Source: an uncultured Acidobacteriota bacterium
GTDB taxonomy: Bacteria > Acidobacteriota > Thermoanaerobaculia > Multivoradales > UBA5704
Length of the DNA: 64,000 nt
Assembly: GCA_963770895.1 (NCBI GenBank)
Contig: CAVYRF010000002.1
Location: forward strand, 3,584,001-3,648,000
Direction of reading: 5' to 3'
In this document: piece after piece, positions 18,801-27,612 of the stretch
How positions within the stretch are numbered: the first letter of the stretch is position 1
Layout: each line of letters begins with the position of its first letter
Notes under the pieces: model-generated
Database searches by the model: none
Seen by the model: the letters and a program-made list of their open reading frames with translations, nothing else
What the model was told of the DNA's origin: nothing
Made by a program: the position numbers and the translations under genes

Positions 18801-20532
18801 AACGGCACCCGGCTTCAGCGGGCCGGCGCAGTTCGTGGCCAGTGCGCAGCCAGGAAGCCCGACGCTCCTCGTGGTCGATTCGGGTGACCAGCAGCAGGGC
18901 GTCGCCGGCCAGGCCCTGCCGCTCCCCCTCGTGGCGGTCGTGGTCGATGCCGGCGGCAACCGTCTGGCCGGCGTCGCGGCGACGCTCAAGGTGGTGAAGG
19001 GGGCCGGCACCTTCACAAACGGTCAGCCAACGGTCTCCTTGACCTCCGACACCGACGGGCGGCTCATCGCCTCGTTCATCACCGATCCCGCGGAGGGAGT
19101 GGCCAACAACGTGGTGGAAGCGACGATCGACGTCCTGCCCACGGGGCCGGTGGTGAGCTTCACGGCCTCAGCGCTCGCAGCCTACGACCCGGCGCTCACC
19201 GCGATCAGCGGCGTCGTGCTCGACAACAGCAACCAGCCGGTGCCGGGAGCCACCCTCCGCATCCTCGGCACGGCGCTCACTACCGAGAGCGACCCGCAGG
19301 GCCTCTTCCAGCTCGCAGCAGTACCCGCCGGCACGCTCCAGCTTGTCGTGGACGGCAGCACCGTCCAGCGTCCCGGCTCCTGGCCACAGCTGGAGTTCAA
19401 CCTGACGCCGGTGCCCGGCCGTAACAACACCCTGCGCATGCCCGTCTACCTGCTACCGCTGAACCTCGAAAATGGCATCGTCGTGGATGAGACGCACGGC
19501 GGCACGCTGACGCTGCCCCAGCTGCCGGGCTTCGCCCTCACCATCAAGCCGGGATCGGTCACCTTCCCCGGCGGTGGAAGGAGCGGGACTGTGAGCGTGA
19601 CCGTGGTGCACAGCGACAAGGTGCCGATGGTGCCGAACTTCGGCCAGCAGCCCCGCCTGATCGTCACCATCCAACCGGCAGGAGCGCAATTCAATCCGCC
19701 CGCGAACCTCAGCATGCCGAACGTCGAGGGTTTCCCCGCCGGCAAGGTCGCGGAGCTCTACTCCTTCGACCATGACCTCGGCCACTTCGTGAGCATCGGC
19801 CCCGGCACCGTGAGCGACGACGGCACCGTCATCACCTCGAACGCGGGGGTGGGCATCGTCAAAGCTGGCTGGCACTGCTGTGGCTTCCCCCAGGGAAGCG
19901 GGGCTCCGAATGCCTGTCCTGAGTGCGCGCCGTGCACCGGCGCCCAGTGCACGCCGCAGCTTTGCAAGGCTTGTGCTGCGCCTGGGCTGTACTGCGACTC
20001 CGCCGCAACCTGCGTACCCGGTCTCCAGCTAATCCCCAGCCTTTGCGATGGTCTCAAGGTTGAGGAAAAAGGCCTTGTGCAGGGACCATGCAGCCTGGTT
20101 CCGGAACTAAAAGGGCTTCCAGATATTTGTGGCGCTGCCGCGGCCATCGACTATCCGAACGTCGTTATTACCAAGCCTTCAGCCTGCGCGAGTGTAGATC
20201 TATCCGGCGGCGAGTGGCGCGAGGTCATGACTTCGGATAACGGATGCCATCAATCTGGCGGGGTGAGAGATGGAAGCTGCATCATTTCCAGCCCAGGGAA
20301 CCGCTTAGGTCCCGCAGGGAAAGTTTGTCGGGACTACCTGTATTCCTGTGACTATCTCTCCGAATTGACCACCTGTAGAGAGACAAGACTACAGCGAATT
20401 TATGTCGGCTCGTGCCACGTTGCCACAAAGAGACTGGTCTTTGATATTACTGTCGCTGCCGATGGCGCTAGTTGTGGCGGATTGGTGACGAGGACGGACG
20501 TTCCGCCCGGAGATCCAGATTATGGCAACTGA
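15889..20532 (+). CDS. Giant secreted protein: two DNRLRE/CBM96-like domains, Ig-like repeats, carboxypeptidase-regulatory-like domain, Cys-rich C-terminal tip
   Basis: ATG 15889 after GGAGG; signal peptide ending TLAA-Q. Duplicated ADT..FD..TTAW.E..ATW..FDVT.DV..GW..SRE domains; repeated D..PP.V.I.SP / N.I...A.D.AGN Ig units; 21 Cys after GWH. Confidence 0.9.
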   Translation: MRHVVRAPVRFRLDASGAVRAGIRFVVAACSLAALATTTLAAQTVTLQASADTTLKQGSPNKSFGGEASLTIKEGGSRVLLQFDGGAIAAAVAGGSLASAELQVYMGANAGNWGATGRTVDIYQLTTAWTEGGATWNCAADPNPGHTGAGCTSPWSGGTPAQGGNGASGDGEATDTALITNGTSGWVTFDVTSDVAAFLTGTPNNGWLLQKTDEGQAGRIDLVSREGTAGLGPRLILVSQSATFDTVPPSLAIVSPSQPVLVNVPAPAVGLTYQDPGSGVDTSTLRVAIDGQDFSSGCSIGAQAASCQAPVLAAGAHTITASVSDRAGNVATATTNFQLLLGPGISTLTVPVSADTFVTAMSPDHEHGRAAVLRVEKSGPSRALVAFDPGSLAAAVAGNQVLAAQLQLGVAANAKNWGAAGRTIGAYRLTTAWSEAAATWDCPADTNLDNATPDCAAPWNGGSFVATPTATALITRQTIGSVSFDVTADVTAFLAGTANDGWLIAKTDEALAGRIDFASREASSGQAAQLIVQVQVPAPLPTVAITSPPDGSYARTAIVQVTGQAGGSATSVSVNGQAATLGQGGAFTTQVTLIPGANSIVAVASDAAGNQAAATVSVILDTTPPTVTLTSPLPGAITNQPQVVVSGTALDDNGVASLMVAGQAVALSGSQFSTTVHLAAGSNPIMVTATDLAGNTETVSVTVTQFSVPVVSISAPADLSYVNATTVTVSGTATGATSLSVNGVAAVLSASGFTAAGVPLIEGGNTLTATATDGQGHVGIASINVVRDLTPPHVAIYTPAAGATITGSSVTVSGLVNDIVAGTVNTSNATVTVNGIPATVANRSFIVPTVPLQPGNNILTAVAVDAAGNQAQATVTVRQMTPAGARIAVAAGNSQSAPIVTSLPQPLVAVLLDPSGQPVVGQQVLFQAIGTDGTFDNGRRTYAVTSDVSGQTTVHFTVGSHAGAGNQMVKATAPGFSGPAQFVASAQPGSPTLLVVDSGDQQQGVAGQALPLPLVAVVVDAGGNRLAGVAATLKVVKGAGTFTNGQPTVSLTSDTDGRLIASFITDPAEGVANNVVEATIDVLPTGPVVSFTASALAAYDPALTAISGVVLDNSNQPVPGATLRILGTALTTESDPQGLFQLAAVPAGTLQLVVDGSTVQRPGSWPQLEFNLTPVPGRNNTLRMPVYLLPLNLENGIVVDETHGGTLTLPQLPGFALTIKPGSVTFPGGGRSGTVSVTVVHSDKVPMVPNFGQQPRLIVTIQPAGAQFNPPANLSMPNVEGFPAGKVAELYSFDHDLGHFVSIGPGTVSDDGTVITSNAGVGIVKAGWHCCGFPQGSGAPNACPECAPCTGAQCTPQLCKACAAPGLYCDSAATCVPGLQLIPSLCDGLKVEEKGLVQGPCSLVPELKGLPDICGAAAAIDYPNVVITKPSACASVDLSGGEWREVMTSDNGCHQSGGVRDGSCIISSPGNRLGPAGKVCRDYLYSCDYLSELTTCRETRLQRIYVGSCHVATKRLVFDITVAADGASCGGLVTRTDVPPGDPDYGN

Positions 20533-21457
20533 AGGTCGTGTGATCGCGCGCTCAGTCCGGCGTGTCCTTTCCTTGCCACTCTGGCTGGCCTTCCACCTCG
20601 CCTGGATCACTGCCGCGAGCGCCCAGCCATCCGGCTGCTCATGGAGCGGTCCTTCCGTCGAGTCGTTTCTGGCTCAACATCCGCCGATAACTGCAAAGGA
20701 GGGGACGCTGGTTGCGGTCGTGGCGGCTTTTCAACGCGCGGGACTCCCCGTGTGCCTTGTCGCGAAGCGAGGAAACCAGCAGGTGAGGCTCGCGTCTGAG
20801 CCTACCCTGGAAGAGGTGCTGAAGGGGCTCGTGAGTCAGGCGCCAGGTTACCAGTTCCGTAGCGTAGACGGCAGGCTCGTGATCTATCCACAGGGGCAGG
20901 CCTTTGATACGCCCGTGGACCTGGGCCCTCTTCAGCGCATGACTCGCGCAGCTGCATACATGACCGTGCTCCACCGGCTGTCGCTTAAGGTGAAGGACCT
21001 TGCGGAGCTACGCAGTGGGATCAGCAACGAGGGCGCGGGGTGGGGTAAGCTCTCCTATTCCGACACGATCGAGGTCGGCGGGTCACGCACCGTCATTGAA
21101 CATTTGATGTCTTTGGTCCAGAAGCGCCCTGCTCTTGCGTTCGACGTAACCATAGATGGCATGCGGCTTCGGTATGAGTTTGTCGATACCCCGCTTTTGA
21201 CAAGGCTGGAGCTGCATTTGCCGCCTACCGTCAAGGTGGGGGAGACCTTCCCTGTAGAGGTGATGGCGAAGCTGGTCGATGGAGCGACAGCGCCCCTTTC
21301 AGGACCGGAATGTTGGGTGGGCTATGCGACAAGTAATCCCGAGGGCCTGGAGATCGATGATGCTGGAATCGTTACGGCACGCCGCAAGGGTACTTTCAAA
21401 ATCTACGTCAACTACCAGCACGTTCCCGCCGTCTACGCCGACGTCACCGTCGAATAG
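20522..21457 (+). CDS. Secreted protein with secretin-N/STN-like region and C-terminal Big_2-like Ig domain
   Basis: Signal peptide ending ASA-Q; LEEVL..L......YQF...DGRLVIYP; YATSNP....IDDAGIVTA..KG. Overlaps the upstream stop; lower GC than its neighbours. Confidence 0.75.
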   Translation: MATEGRVIARSVRRVLSLPLWLAFHLAWITAASAQPSGCSWSGPSVESFLAQHPPITAKEGTLVAVVAAFQRAGLPVCLVAKRGNQQVRLASEPTLEEVLKGLVSQAPGYQFRSVDGRLVIYPQGQAFDTPVDLGPLQRMTRAAAYMTVLHRLSLKVKDLAELRSGISNEGAGWGKLSYSDTIEVGGSRTVIEHLMSLVQKRPALAFDVTIDGMRLRYEFVDTPLLTRLELHLPPTVKVGETFPVEVMAKLVDGATAPLSGPECWVGYATSNPEGLEIDDAGIVTARRKGTFKIYVNYQHVPAVYADVTVE

Positions 21458-21477
21458 AGGCGTACCGTGAGCCTGCG

Positions 21478-24400
21478 ATGAACCTGGCTGCCGATCGTGC
21501 TCCGATGGCCTTGCTCGCGCCAAGGCATCGGCGCATATTCTTCCTGCCCTTGCTGCTTCATTTGCTCACGGCCGCGACATCCTTCGCCCAACTCGACCAG
21601 ACCTGCACGGTGAGCGCCTTGAACCGGACGGCACAGGTGGATGGCAACGGGGTCTGGGTGCTTACAAACGTGCCGGCAGGAACTGGCCAGGTGCGAGTGC
21701 GCGCAGCGTGCATGGCAAACGGCACGACCCGGTATGGGCAGTCGGACCTCTTCACGGTGCCGGTCAACGGCGCCATTCTGGTGAGCGATATTTCCTTTGC
21801 GAGCCAGGTACCGATTCCGTCGAGCCTGACGCTCACGGGACCGGGCTCGCCGCTGTCAGGTGCCGGCCAGCAGGCGCAGCTTTCGGCCATTGCGACCTAC
21901 CCTGACGGCACGACGGGGGACCTCACGCCCAGCAGCACGGGCACCGGATATCTATCGAGCAACCCGTCGGTGGCAAGTGTGGACGGGAACGGAGTGGTGA
22001 CGGCCAACGCCAGCGGCACGGTGGTGATCAGCGCATTGAACGAGGGCGTGCTTGGCGTGGTGCAGGTACAGGTGGTGCTTTCCGGCAGCACGGTGGGCGA
22101 CGGCATCCCGGACGATTGGAAGGTGGCGCACGGACTTGATCCCAACGATCCGTACTGCGCGCTGGAAGATCCCGACAATGACGGGCTCACCAACCTGGAG
22201 GAGTACCAGTACGGCACCGATCCGAACAACCCCGATACGGATGGCGACGGGCTGTCGGACGGCGACGAGGTGCACCTCTACCACACGAACCCGCTCCTAT
22301 GGGACACGGACGGGGACGGGATCTCGGATGGAGTCGAGGTGCGGACGGGGAGCGATCCGCTCGACATCCACAGCTTCAACCTGGCGGCGGCGCTCTCTTC
22401 GGTCACGGTGTCTCCGGCCGCGTTCACTTTGGTCTTCAATACGGTGAGCGGCCAGGCGTCGCGACAGATCGTCGCCACAGGCAACGTCATCGACGGCCGC
22501 ACCATCGATCTCTTCGATCCGCGCTACCAGACCCAGGTCGCATCGAGCAACCTCGCGGTCGCGAGCTTCGGAGTGCGACCGGGCCAGGTGTTCGCCGGGC
22601 AGAGCGGCACGGCGACGGTCACGGTGAGCAACAGCGGCTGGACGGCCGCATCCACCGTGACGGTGACGACGTTCTCGCCCACGGCCCTGGCGTTCCTGCC
22701 GCTTCCTGGATTTCAGAATGCGGTGGAGGCGGCAGGCGACTTCGTGTTTGTGGCCTCCGGCGGCTTCGGGCTGTCAGTCGTGGATATGACCAACTTGCAA
22801 GCGCCGGTGCTCGTCGCTCAGACGCCCACCCCGGGCAGTGCGAACGATGTGCGGGTTTCTGGCACGGTGGCGTATGTGGCCGAGGATGTCGGTCTGCAAC
22901 TGCTCGACGTGAGCGATCCGGCCCACCCGGCGCGGCTCGGCAGCCTGAGCCTCCCCGAGGGCGACCAGGTGCGTCTGGCGGTAGCCGGCAACCTGGTCTA
23001 TCTCGCCGACATGAACTTCGGCCTCCACGTGGTGGATGTGACGAACCCCATGCAGCCGGTCGAGGTCGGCTCGCTCGCGCTCGGGGGCACGCCGCGGGCG
23101 GTCGGTCTCGGCGGAATCGGGCTCGGCGGGTTCGCTCTCGCCGGATCGTATGCCGTGGTTGCCTGCGGCGATGGGGGTGTGGCGGTGGTGGACGTGAGCG
23201 ATCCGGCGGCGCCGTCCCTTGTGGGCGCCACGCCGGAGGATGCGCCGCGCGCCGGCAGCGTTACGGTGCGCGGCCACTACGCCTACGTGGCCGCCGGCGA
23301 GGAGGCGGTCTACGGCGGCTTGCACGTCGTGGAGCTTGCCGACCCGACGAATCCTGTGGAAGTGGGGGCGAGCGAGGACGACCTCGGGGTGACCCGGGCG
23401 GTGCTCCAAGACGGGTTTGCCCTGGGCGCGCAGTTCTTCCTGGCCGCGCAGGTGGCAATCTTCGATGTCAGCACCGTGCCTCCTGCCTATACGGCGGTGC
23501 TCGACCTCTCGACCTTGCCCGGCGGCGAGGGGGTCGTCGCGCCGCGTGCCAATGACATCGCGGTGCGCAACGGCGCGGTCTTCTTGGCCGCCAACGGGTA
23601 TGAGCTCGGCGAGTTCGCGAGCTACGCGACCTCTCAGGGGGGCCTCTACACGGGCCTCTTCGAGCTGCCGAACGACGGTGACACGACTCCGCCGACCGTG
23701 GCCCTCTCCGCACCGACGGCCGGGTCCGCGGTGATGGAGCGGCTGCCGGTCACCGTGACCGTCGCGGCGCAGGATGAGGTCTCAGTCACCTCGGTCGGCA
23801 TCCTGGTCGACGGCGCCCTCGTCGAAACGCTCTACAAGCCGCCGTATCAGACCACCATCCACGTGCCGTCCGGGCAGCCGACGATGACGCTCGGGGCGGT
23901 GGCGACGAACATCAGCGGCGTCCAGGCGACGACGACGGAGACGCTTACCGTCCAGCCGTACCCCTTGCCCGTCGCGACGCTTCTCGCGCCCGTGCCCGGC
24001 CAGATTCTGATCGACGGCACGCCGCTCACGATCGCGGTTGCGGCGAGCGACGCCGTGGCGGTGACGCGGGTCGAGGTCTATGTGAACGGCGCGCTCGTCG
24101 GCACGGCTTTCACGCCGCCGTACCTCTTTCAGGTCACGCTGCCGCGCGGCTCGGCGACGCTCGCGGTGACGGCGCTCGCATACAACGCGCTGGGGCCGGG
24201 CGCGATGTCGGCGCCGGTCGCTGTGCCGGTCCAGCCAGACGTGCCGCCCACGGTTGCGATCTTCTCGCCGGCCGACGGCGCGCAGGTGACCGAGGGAAGT
24301 GTGGTCTCGATCTTTGCAGGCGCGAGCGACCTGACCGGAATCGCAAGCGTGCTCTTCGATCTGAACGGCGTCGAGTTCCAGGGCACCGCCACCGCACCCT

Positions 24401-25524
24401 ACGTTGCCCAGGTCGTGGCGCCGCCGGCGGGCCAGACCATGGTGCTCGATGTCGTCGCGACCGATACCGTGAACCTGGCGGCGCAGTCAGCACCGGTCAC
24501 CGTTACGAGCGTGGTCGATCCGGGAACGGCGGTGAGCGGCACGGTGCTCGATCCGACCGGCGCCCCGGTCTCGGGAGCGAGCATCGTCGTGGTTGCGGGC
24601 GCTTCCTCGGCGAGCGCCACCTCCGGTGCGGACGGGTCCTTTACGGTGAGCGGCCTGCCGACCGGGAGCGGCGCCTTCGAGGTGAGCGCGGTCGGCACGG
24701 TGGGCGGCTGCCAGGCGGAGGCCGATGCCGAGGTGCCGCCGCCCCCGCCGGGCCGCAACGAATCGCTCGGCAACCTGACGCTCGTCCGGCCTCCGGCACC
24801 GGAGCCCACGGCCGTGACCGGCGTCGTTGTCGGTGCCGACGGCCAGGGGCTCTCCGGTGTCACGGTGACGGTTTCGAGCGCCGACCTGGCGGACACCGCC
24901 ACCGTCCTAAGCGGCTTCGGTGGCGCCTTCTTGGTATCGACCTTCCCCGCGCGGGCCTGGACCCTCCAGGCCGAAGCGACGGTCGTGAGCGGCGGTGTTC
25001 TGCTCTCCGCCGCAAGCGACCTGCATGGCCCGCACGCGGTCGCGGGCGGCACGACGGACCTTGGCACCCTGACCCTGAGCCCCTATCCCTTCACCGGCCC
25101 CGATCCCTTGACCACGGTCACCGGCCAGGCCACGAACCTCGACGGCTCACCGGCCGCCGGCGCCCAGGTGGTGCTCGACGTGGGCGATGGCCAGATCGTC
25201 GCGACCGCCGCTTCCGACGGAACCTTCGCCGTTTCCGGCGTGCCCACCCTGCAAGGCACGCTGAAGATCACCGCCTCGCTCCACCTGCCGTGCAACGTGC
25301 TCCTGGTTGCCGGCCCCATGACGGTGAGCGAGCTTGTGGCCGGCGGCCAGACCGCCGTGAGCCTCCCGCAGCTCGTGCCCGATCCGGGGCCGCCGCCGCC
25401 GATCATTTTCACTTCGGCACCGGTCGGAGGGTGGCCCGCGGAAGGCATGCGGTGCGTGGCCGCTCCGAGCGCCGCCGACGGATGGTTTGCGACGCTCACG
25501 AGCGCGGCGGAGTTCCTGCGTTGA
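21478..25524 (+). CDS. Giant secreted protein: Big_2 Ig, TSP3-like Ca-binding repeats, LVIVD repeats, Ig repeats, carboxypeptidase-regulatory-like domains
   Basis: Signal peptide ending SFA-Q; DPDNDGLTNLEE / DTDGDGLSDGDE / DTDGDGISDGVE; repeated GL.VVDVS.P..P..VG; PP.V.I.SP..G and V.G.V...DG.P..GA units. Start could be 21505. Confidence 0.9.
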   Translation: MNLAADRAPMALLAPRHRRIFFLPLLLHLLTAATSFAQLDQTCTVSALNRTAQVDGNGVWVLTNVPAGTGQVRVRAACMANGTTRYGQSDLFTVPVNGAILVSDISFASQVPIPSSLTLTGPGSPLSGAGQQAQLSAIATYPDGTTGDLTPSSTGTGYLSSNPSVASVDGNGVVTANASGTVVISALNEGVLGVVQVQVVLSGSTVGDGIPDDWKVAHGLDPNDPYCALEDPDNDGLTNLEEYQYGTDPNNPDTDGDGLSDGDEVHLYHTNPLLWDTDGDGISDGVEVRTGSDPLDIHSFNLAAALSSVTVSPAAFTLVFNTVSGQASRQIVATGNVIDGRTIDLFDPRYQTQVASSNLAVASFGVRPGQVFAGQSGTATVTVSNSGWTAASTVTVTTFSPTALAFLPLPGFQNAVEAAGDFVFVASGGFGLSVVDMTNLQAPVLVAQTPTPGSANDVRVSGTVAYVAEDVGLQLLDVSDPAHPARLGSLSLPEGDQVRLAVAGNLVYLADMNFGLHVVDVTNPMQPVEVGSLALGGTPRAVGLGGIGLGGFALAGSYAVVACGDGGVAVVDVSDPAAPSLVGATPEDAPRAGSVTVRGHYAYVAAGEEAVYGGLHVVELADPTNPVEVGASEDDLGVTRAVLQDGFALGAQFFLAAQVAIFDVSTVPPAYTAVLDLSTLPGGEGVVAPRANDIAVRNGAVFLAANGYELGEFASYATSQGGLYTGLFELPNDGDTTPPTVALSAPTAGSAVMERLPVTVTVAAQDEVSVTSVGILVDGALVETLYKPPYQTTIHVPSGQPTMTLGAVATNISGVQATTTETLTVQPYPLPVATLLAPVPGQILIDGTPLTIAVAASDAVAVTRVEVYVNGALVGTAFTPPYLFQVTLPRGSATLAVTALAYNALGPGAMSAPVAVPVQPDVPPTVAIFSPADGAQVTEGSVVSIFAGASDLTGIASVLFDLNGVEFQGTATAPYVAQVVAPPAGQTMVLDVVATDTVNLAAQSAPVTVTSVVDPGTAVSGTVLDPTGAPVSGASIVVVAGASSASATSGADGSFTVSGLPTGSGAFEVSAVGTVGGCQAEADAEVPPPPPGRNESLGNLTLVRPPAPEPTAVTGVVVGADGQGLSGVTVTVSSADLADTATVLSGFGGAFLVSTFPARAWTLQAEATVVSGGVLLSAASDLHGPHAVAGGTTDLGTLTLSPYPFTGPDPLTTVTGQATNLDGSPAAGAQVVLDVGDGQIVATAASDGTFAVSGVPTLQGTLKITASLHLPCNVLLVAGPMTVSELVAGGQTAVSLPQLVPDPGPPPPIIFTSAPVGGWPAEGMRCVAAPSAADGWFATLTSAAEFLR

Positions 25525-26573
25525 CCTCCGGGGCTGGAGCGCAGCCGCCGAGCTTACCTGTGGGCATCAGCCGGCGGCGCCTGCTCGAAGGCGGTGCGGC
25601 GCTCACGGGCCTCATCGTGGCGCACGGGGCTGGTGCGAGAGCGCCCGGCGGCGGCGCGAGGGAATCGGCGCGCGCCGCCGCGGCACGGCTCGAGGCGGAG
25701 TTGCCAGAGCCCACCCATGCCACAAACGGCGACGAAACCGCGCTGCCAGGCTGGATCGCCTGCTACTCCAAGGGACTGCCCCACAATGCGGAAGGTGAGG
25801 TGGACCCGGCGGCCTATCGGCTGCTCCTGCGGGCGGTCGCGAGCCGCGACCCGGCCGACTTCGAGTCCATCCCGCTCGGCGGCTTCGTGAAGCTGGCGAA
25901 CCCCCAGGCCGCCCTGGCCGAGAACCTCATCGGCCCCGATCCGGGACGCCTCGATCTGGTTCCTCCGCCGCGCTTTGCGAGCGCCGAGCAGGCATCCGAG
26001 CTCATCGAGCTGTACTGGCAGGCGCTCCTGCGTGACGTGGCGTTCGAGGACTACGAAACTCACCCCTTGGCCCAGCGGGCGGCGGCGGAACTCACACGTC
26101 TGGCCGAGTTCAAGGGGCCACGAGCGGCGGGCGGCACGGTCACCCCGCGCACGCTCTTCCGCGGCCCCGGTGCGGACTCGGCGACCGGCCCCTACCTCTC
26201 GCAGTTCCTCTACCGCGACGTCTTCCTGCCACCGGTGTGGGTGAAGCAACAGGAGCGCACGGCCGCCGCCGGCATCGACTTCATGACCCGGCACGACACG
26301 TGGCTCGATTGCCAGAACGGCGCCCTGACCGGGGTGAACCGCTTCGACCCGATGCCCATGGGATCATTGCGAACGGCGATGCCGCAGGTCAGGGTACCGC
26401 CAGGGGCCCGCGGAGCCTGCCGGCGCCAGGCCGAAAATCCTTCCGTTTTCCCCACAATTCAGGGACTGCGCGGAGACCTGCCCTGGGGGGGCCGGTCGGC
26501 AGGGCCTTTTCGATTTGCAGGCGACCGAGGTGCCGCTGGAGCCGTCGCTGGCAGTCCGGGGAGGGGCGGATGA
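25521..26573 (+). pseudogene. Truncated Tat-exported vanadium-dependent haloperoxidase (N-terminal half only)
   Basis: TTG overlaps the upstream TGA; ISRRRLL signal. H.TNGDE, YSKGLPH...GEVD..AY, LANPQAA, PPPRFAS, ELYWQALLRDV.F, GPYLSQFL. Similarity stops near 26355; no HP.Y..GH or R...G.H vanadate motifs follow. Confidence 0.75.
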
Positions 26574-26801
26574 CGGGAGGGTCCACTTGGCGGCGCTCTG
26601 GGGCGAGGCAATGCGGGGAGCCGCTGGCGATACGGCTCACCGCCAAGCCGCTTGCCGGCCCGCGAGCCCGCAGCGCGACGACAAGGGGAGTCCTCCCGGC
26701 GGCCGCCCCGGAGCTGGCCGCAGGGCTGCGCGAGGGCCGGCGCGCCGGCGGCGATGCCGGCGATGGGCTGGCGGATGCTCAGGGAGGCGCGGCGGGGCGC
26801 G

Positions 26802-26863
26802 CCGCCTGCTCACCCTGAGCGCGGCGATCCTGGAGGGGACCGGGCGGGAGGGTGAGCGGGCGG
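26802..26863. repeat. 15-bp inverted repeat (14/15 match), terminator- or REP-like
   Basis: CCGCCTGCTCACCCT at 26802-26816 and AGGGTGAGCGGGCGG at 26849-26863, just past the stop of the minus-strand gene. Confidence 0.55.
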
Positions 26864-26895
26864 ACGAGCCGCCGCAACGGGAGTTTGGGTGGGGT

Positions 26896-27249
26896 TTACT
26901 GGAAAACGCGCTTGCCGCCGGCCTTGATCTGGCCCCAGCCTTGCGGGCAGGTGTCGCGCGAGGGGATGTCGAGGCAGAAGCAGACCTTGGTGGTGCCCGA
27001 GTCGACGGTGCTGTTGCCCTTGGCAGGGACGTTGATCTCAAGCTGAGAGGGCTTGTGCTCGCAGGACGCGTCGTCCGAGCCGAAACGGGCGAAGATGGTG
27101 ATGTTGTGGTTCGAGTTGTTGACCAGGGTCACGCCGCCAGAGGCAGGCATGCCGCCGGCGTCTTTCTGAGCCAGGACGACGCCGGTCCCGAGTACGACAC
27201 AGATGGCGAGAGACGCAAGAACCCACTTAGCCCGTGAAAAGTGCTGCAT
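26896..27249 (-). CDS. Small secreted beta-rich protein with 4 Cys in the mature part, unknown function
   Basis: GGAGGAGG RBS; signal peptide ending VLA-Q; VTLVNNSNHNITIF; coding-like codon usage. Confidence 0.8.
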   Translation of the reverse strand: MQHFSRAKWVLASLAICVVLGTGVVLAQKDAGGMPASGGVTLVNNSNHNITIFARFGSDDASCEHKPSQLEINVPAKGNSTVDSGTTKVCFCLDIPSRDTCPQGWGQIKAGGKRVFQ

Positions 27250-27381
27250 TGCGTAATCCTCCTCCGGAAGAAGTTGATCTGCTCTCACCCGGCTGGCATT
27301 GGCGCCTGTCCTGGGCGGAACCCTGGGCGCGCGCTTGGTGGCGCGCCGTCAGGAGCCCCGGCGGGTGGAGCTACTGACGTA

Positions 27382-27406
27382 TACGCAAGAATCGGTCCGA
27401 AGTTCC
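27382..27406 (-). promoter_or_regulatory. Candidate ECF sigma promoter
   Basis: Minus strand GGAAC-N16-CGTA upstream of the small secreted protein; AAC and CGT are the usual ECF elements. Confidence 0.5.
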
Positions 27407-27612
27407 AGCATGAGTCGAGATTCTTTGAAAAGGCGCACATGCCGTATCGTGCGGACAGGACCGGCGCGGCCCGGCCGCCCTCTGGATCAAGGCTGGTAGA
27501 TACGGGGATGGGTATTGGGTTCTGGGTGCCGGGCGGACCGGCCCGGCGGGCGGCGGCGCGCAGGCGGGAGCCTGCGCGGGCCATCGCGATGCCAGATTGG
27601 CTGGCCGGGACG

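Noticed and set aside
22095-22370. DxDxDG repeats as RTX (type I secretion) repeats
   Set aside because: They match TSP3-like DxDxDGxxDxxE rather than GGxGxDxL, and the protein has a Sec signal peptide.
26355-26820. Frameshifted continuation of the haloperoxidase, or a real gene at 26570-26818
   Set aside because: No catalytic motifs appear in any plus frame. The short ORF has a GGAGG but only low-complexity sequence.
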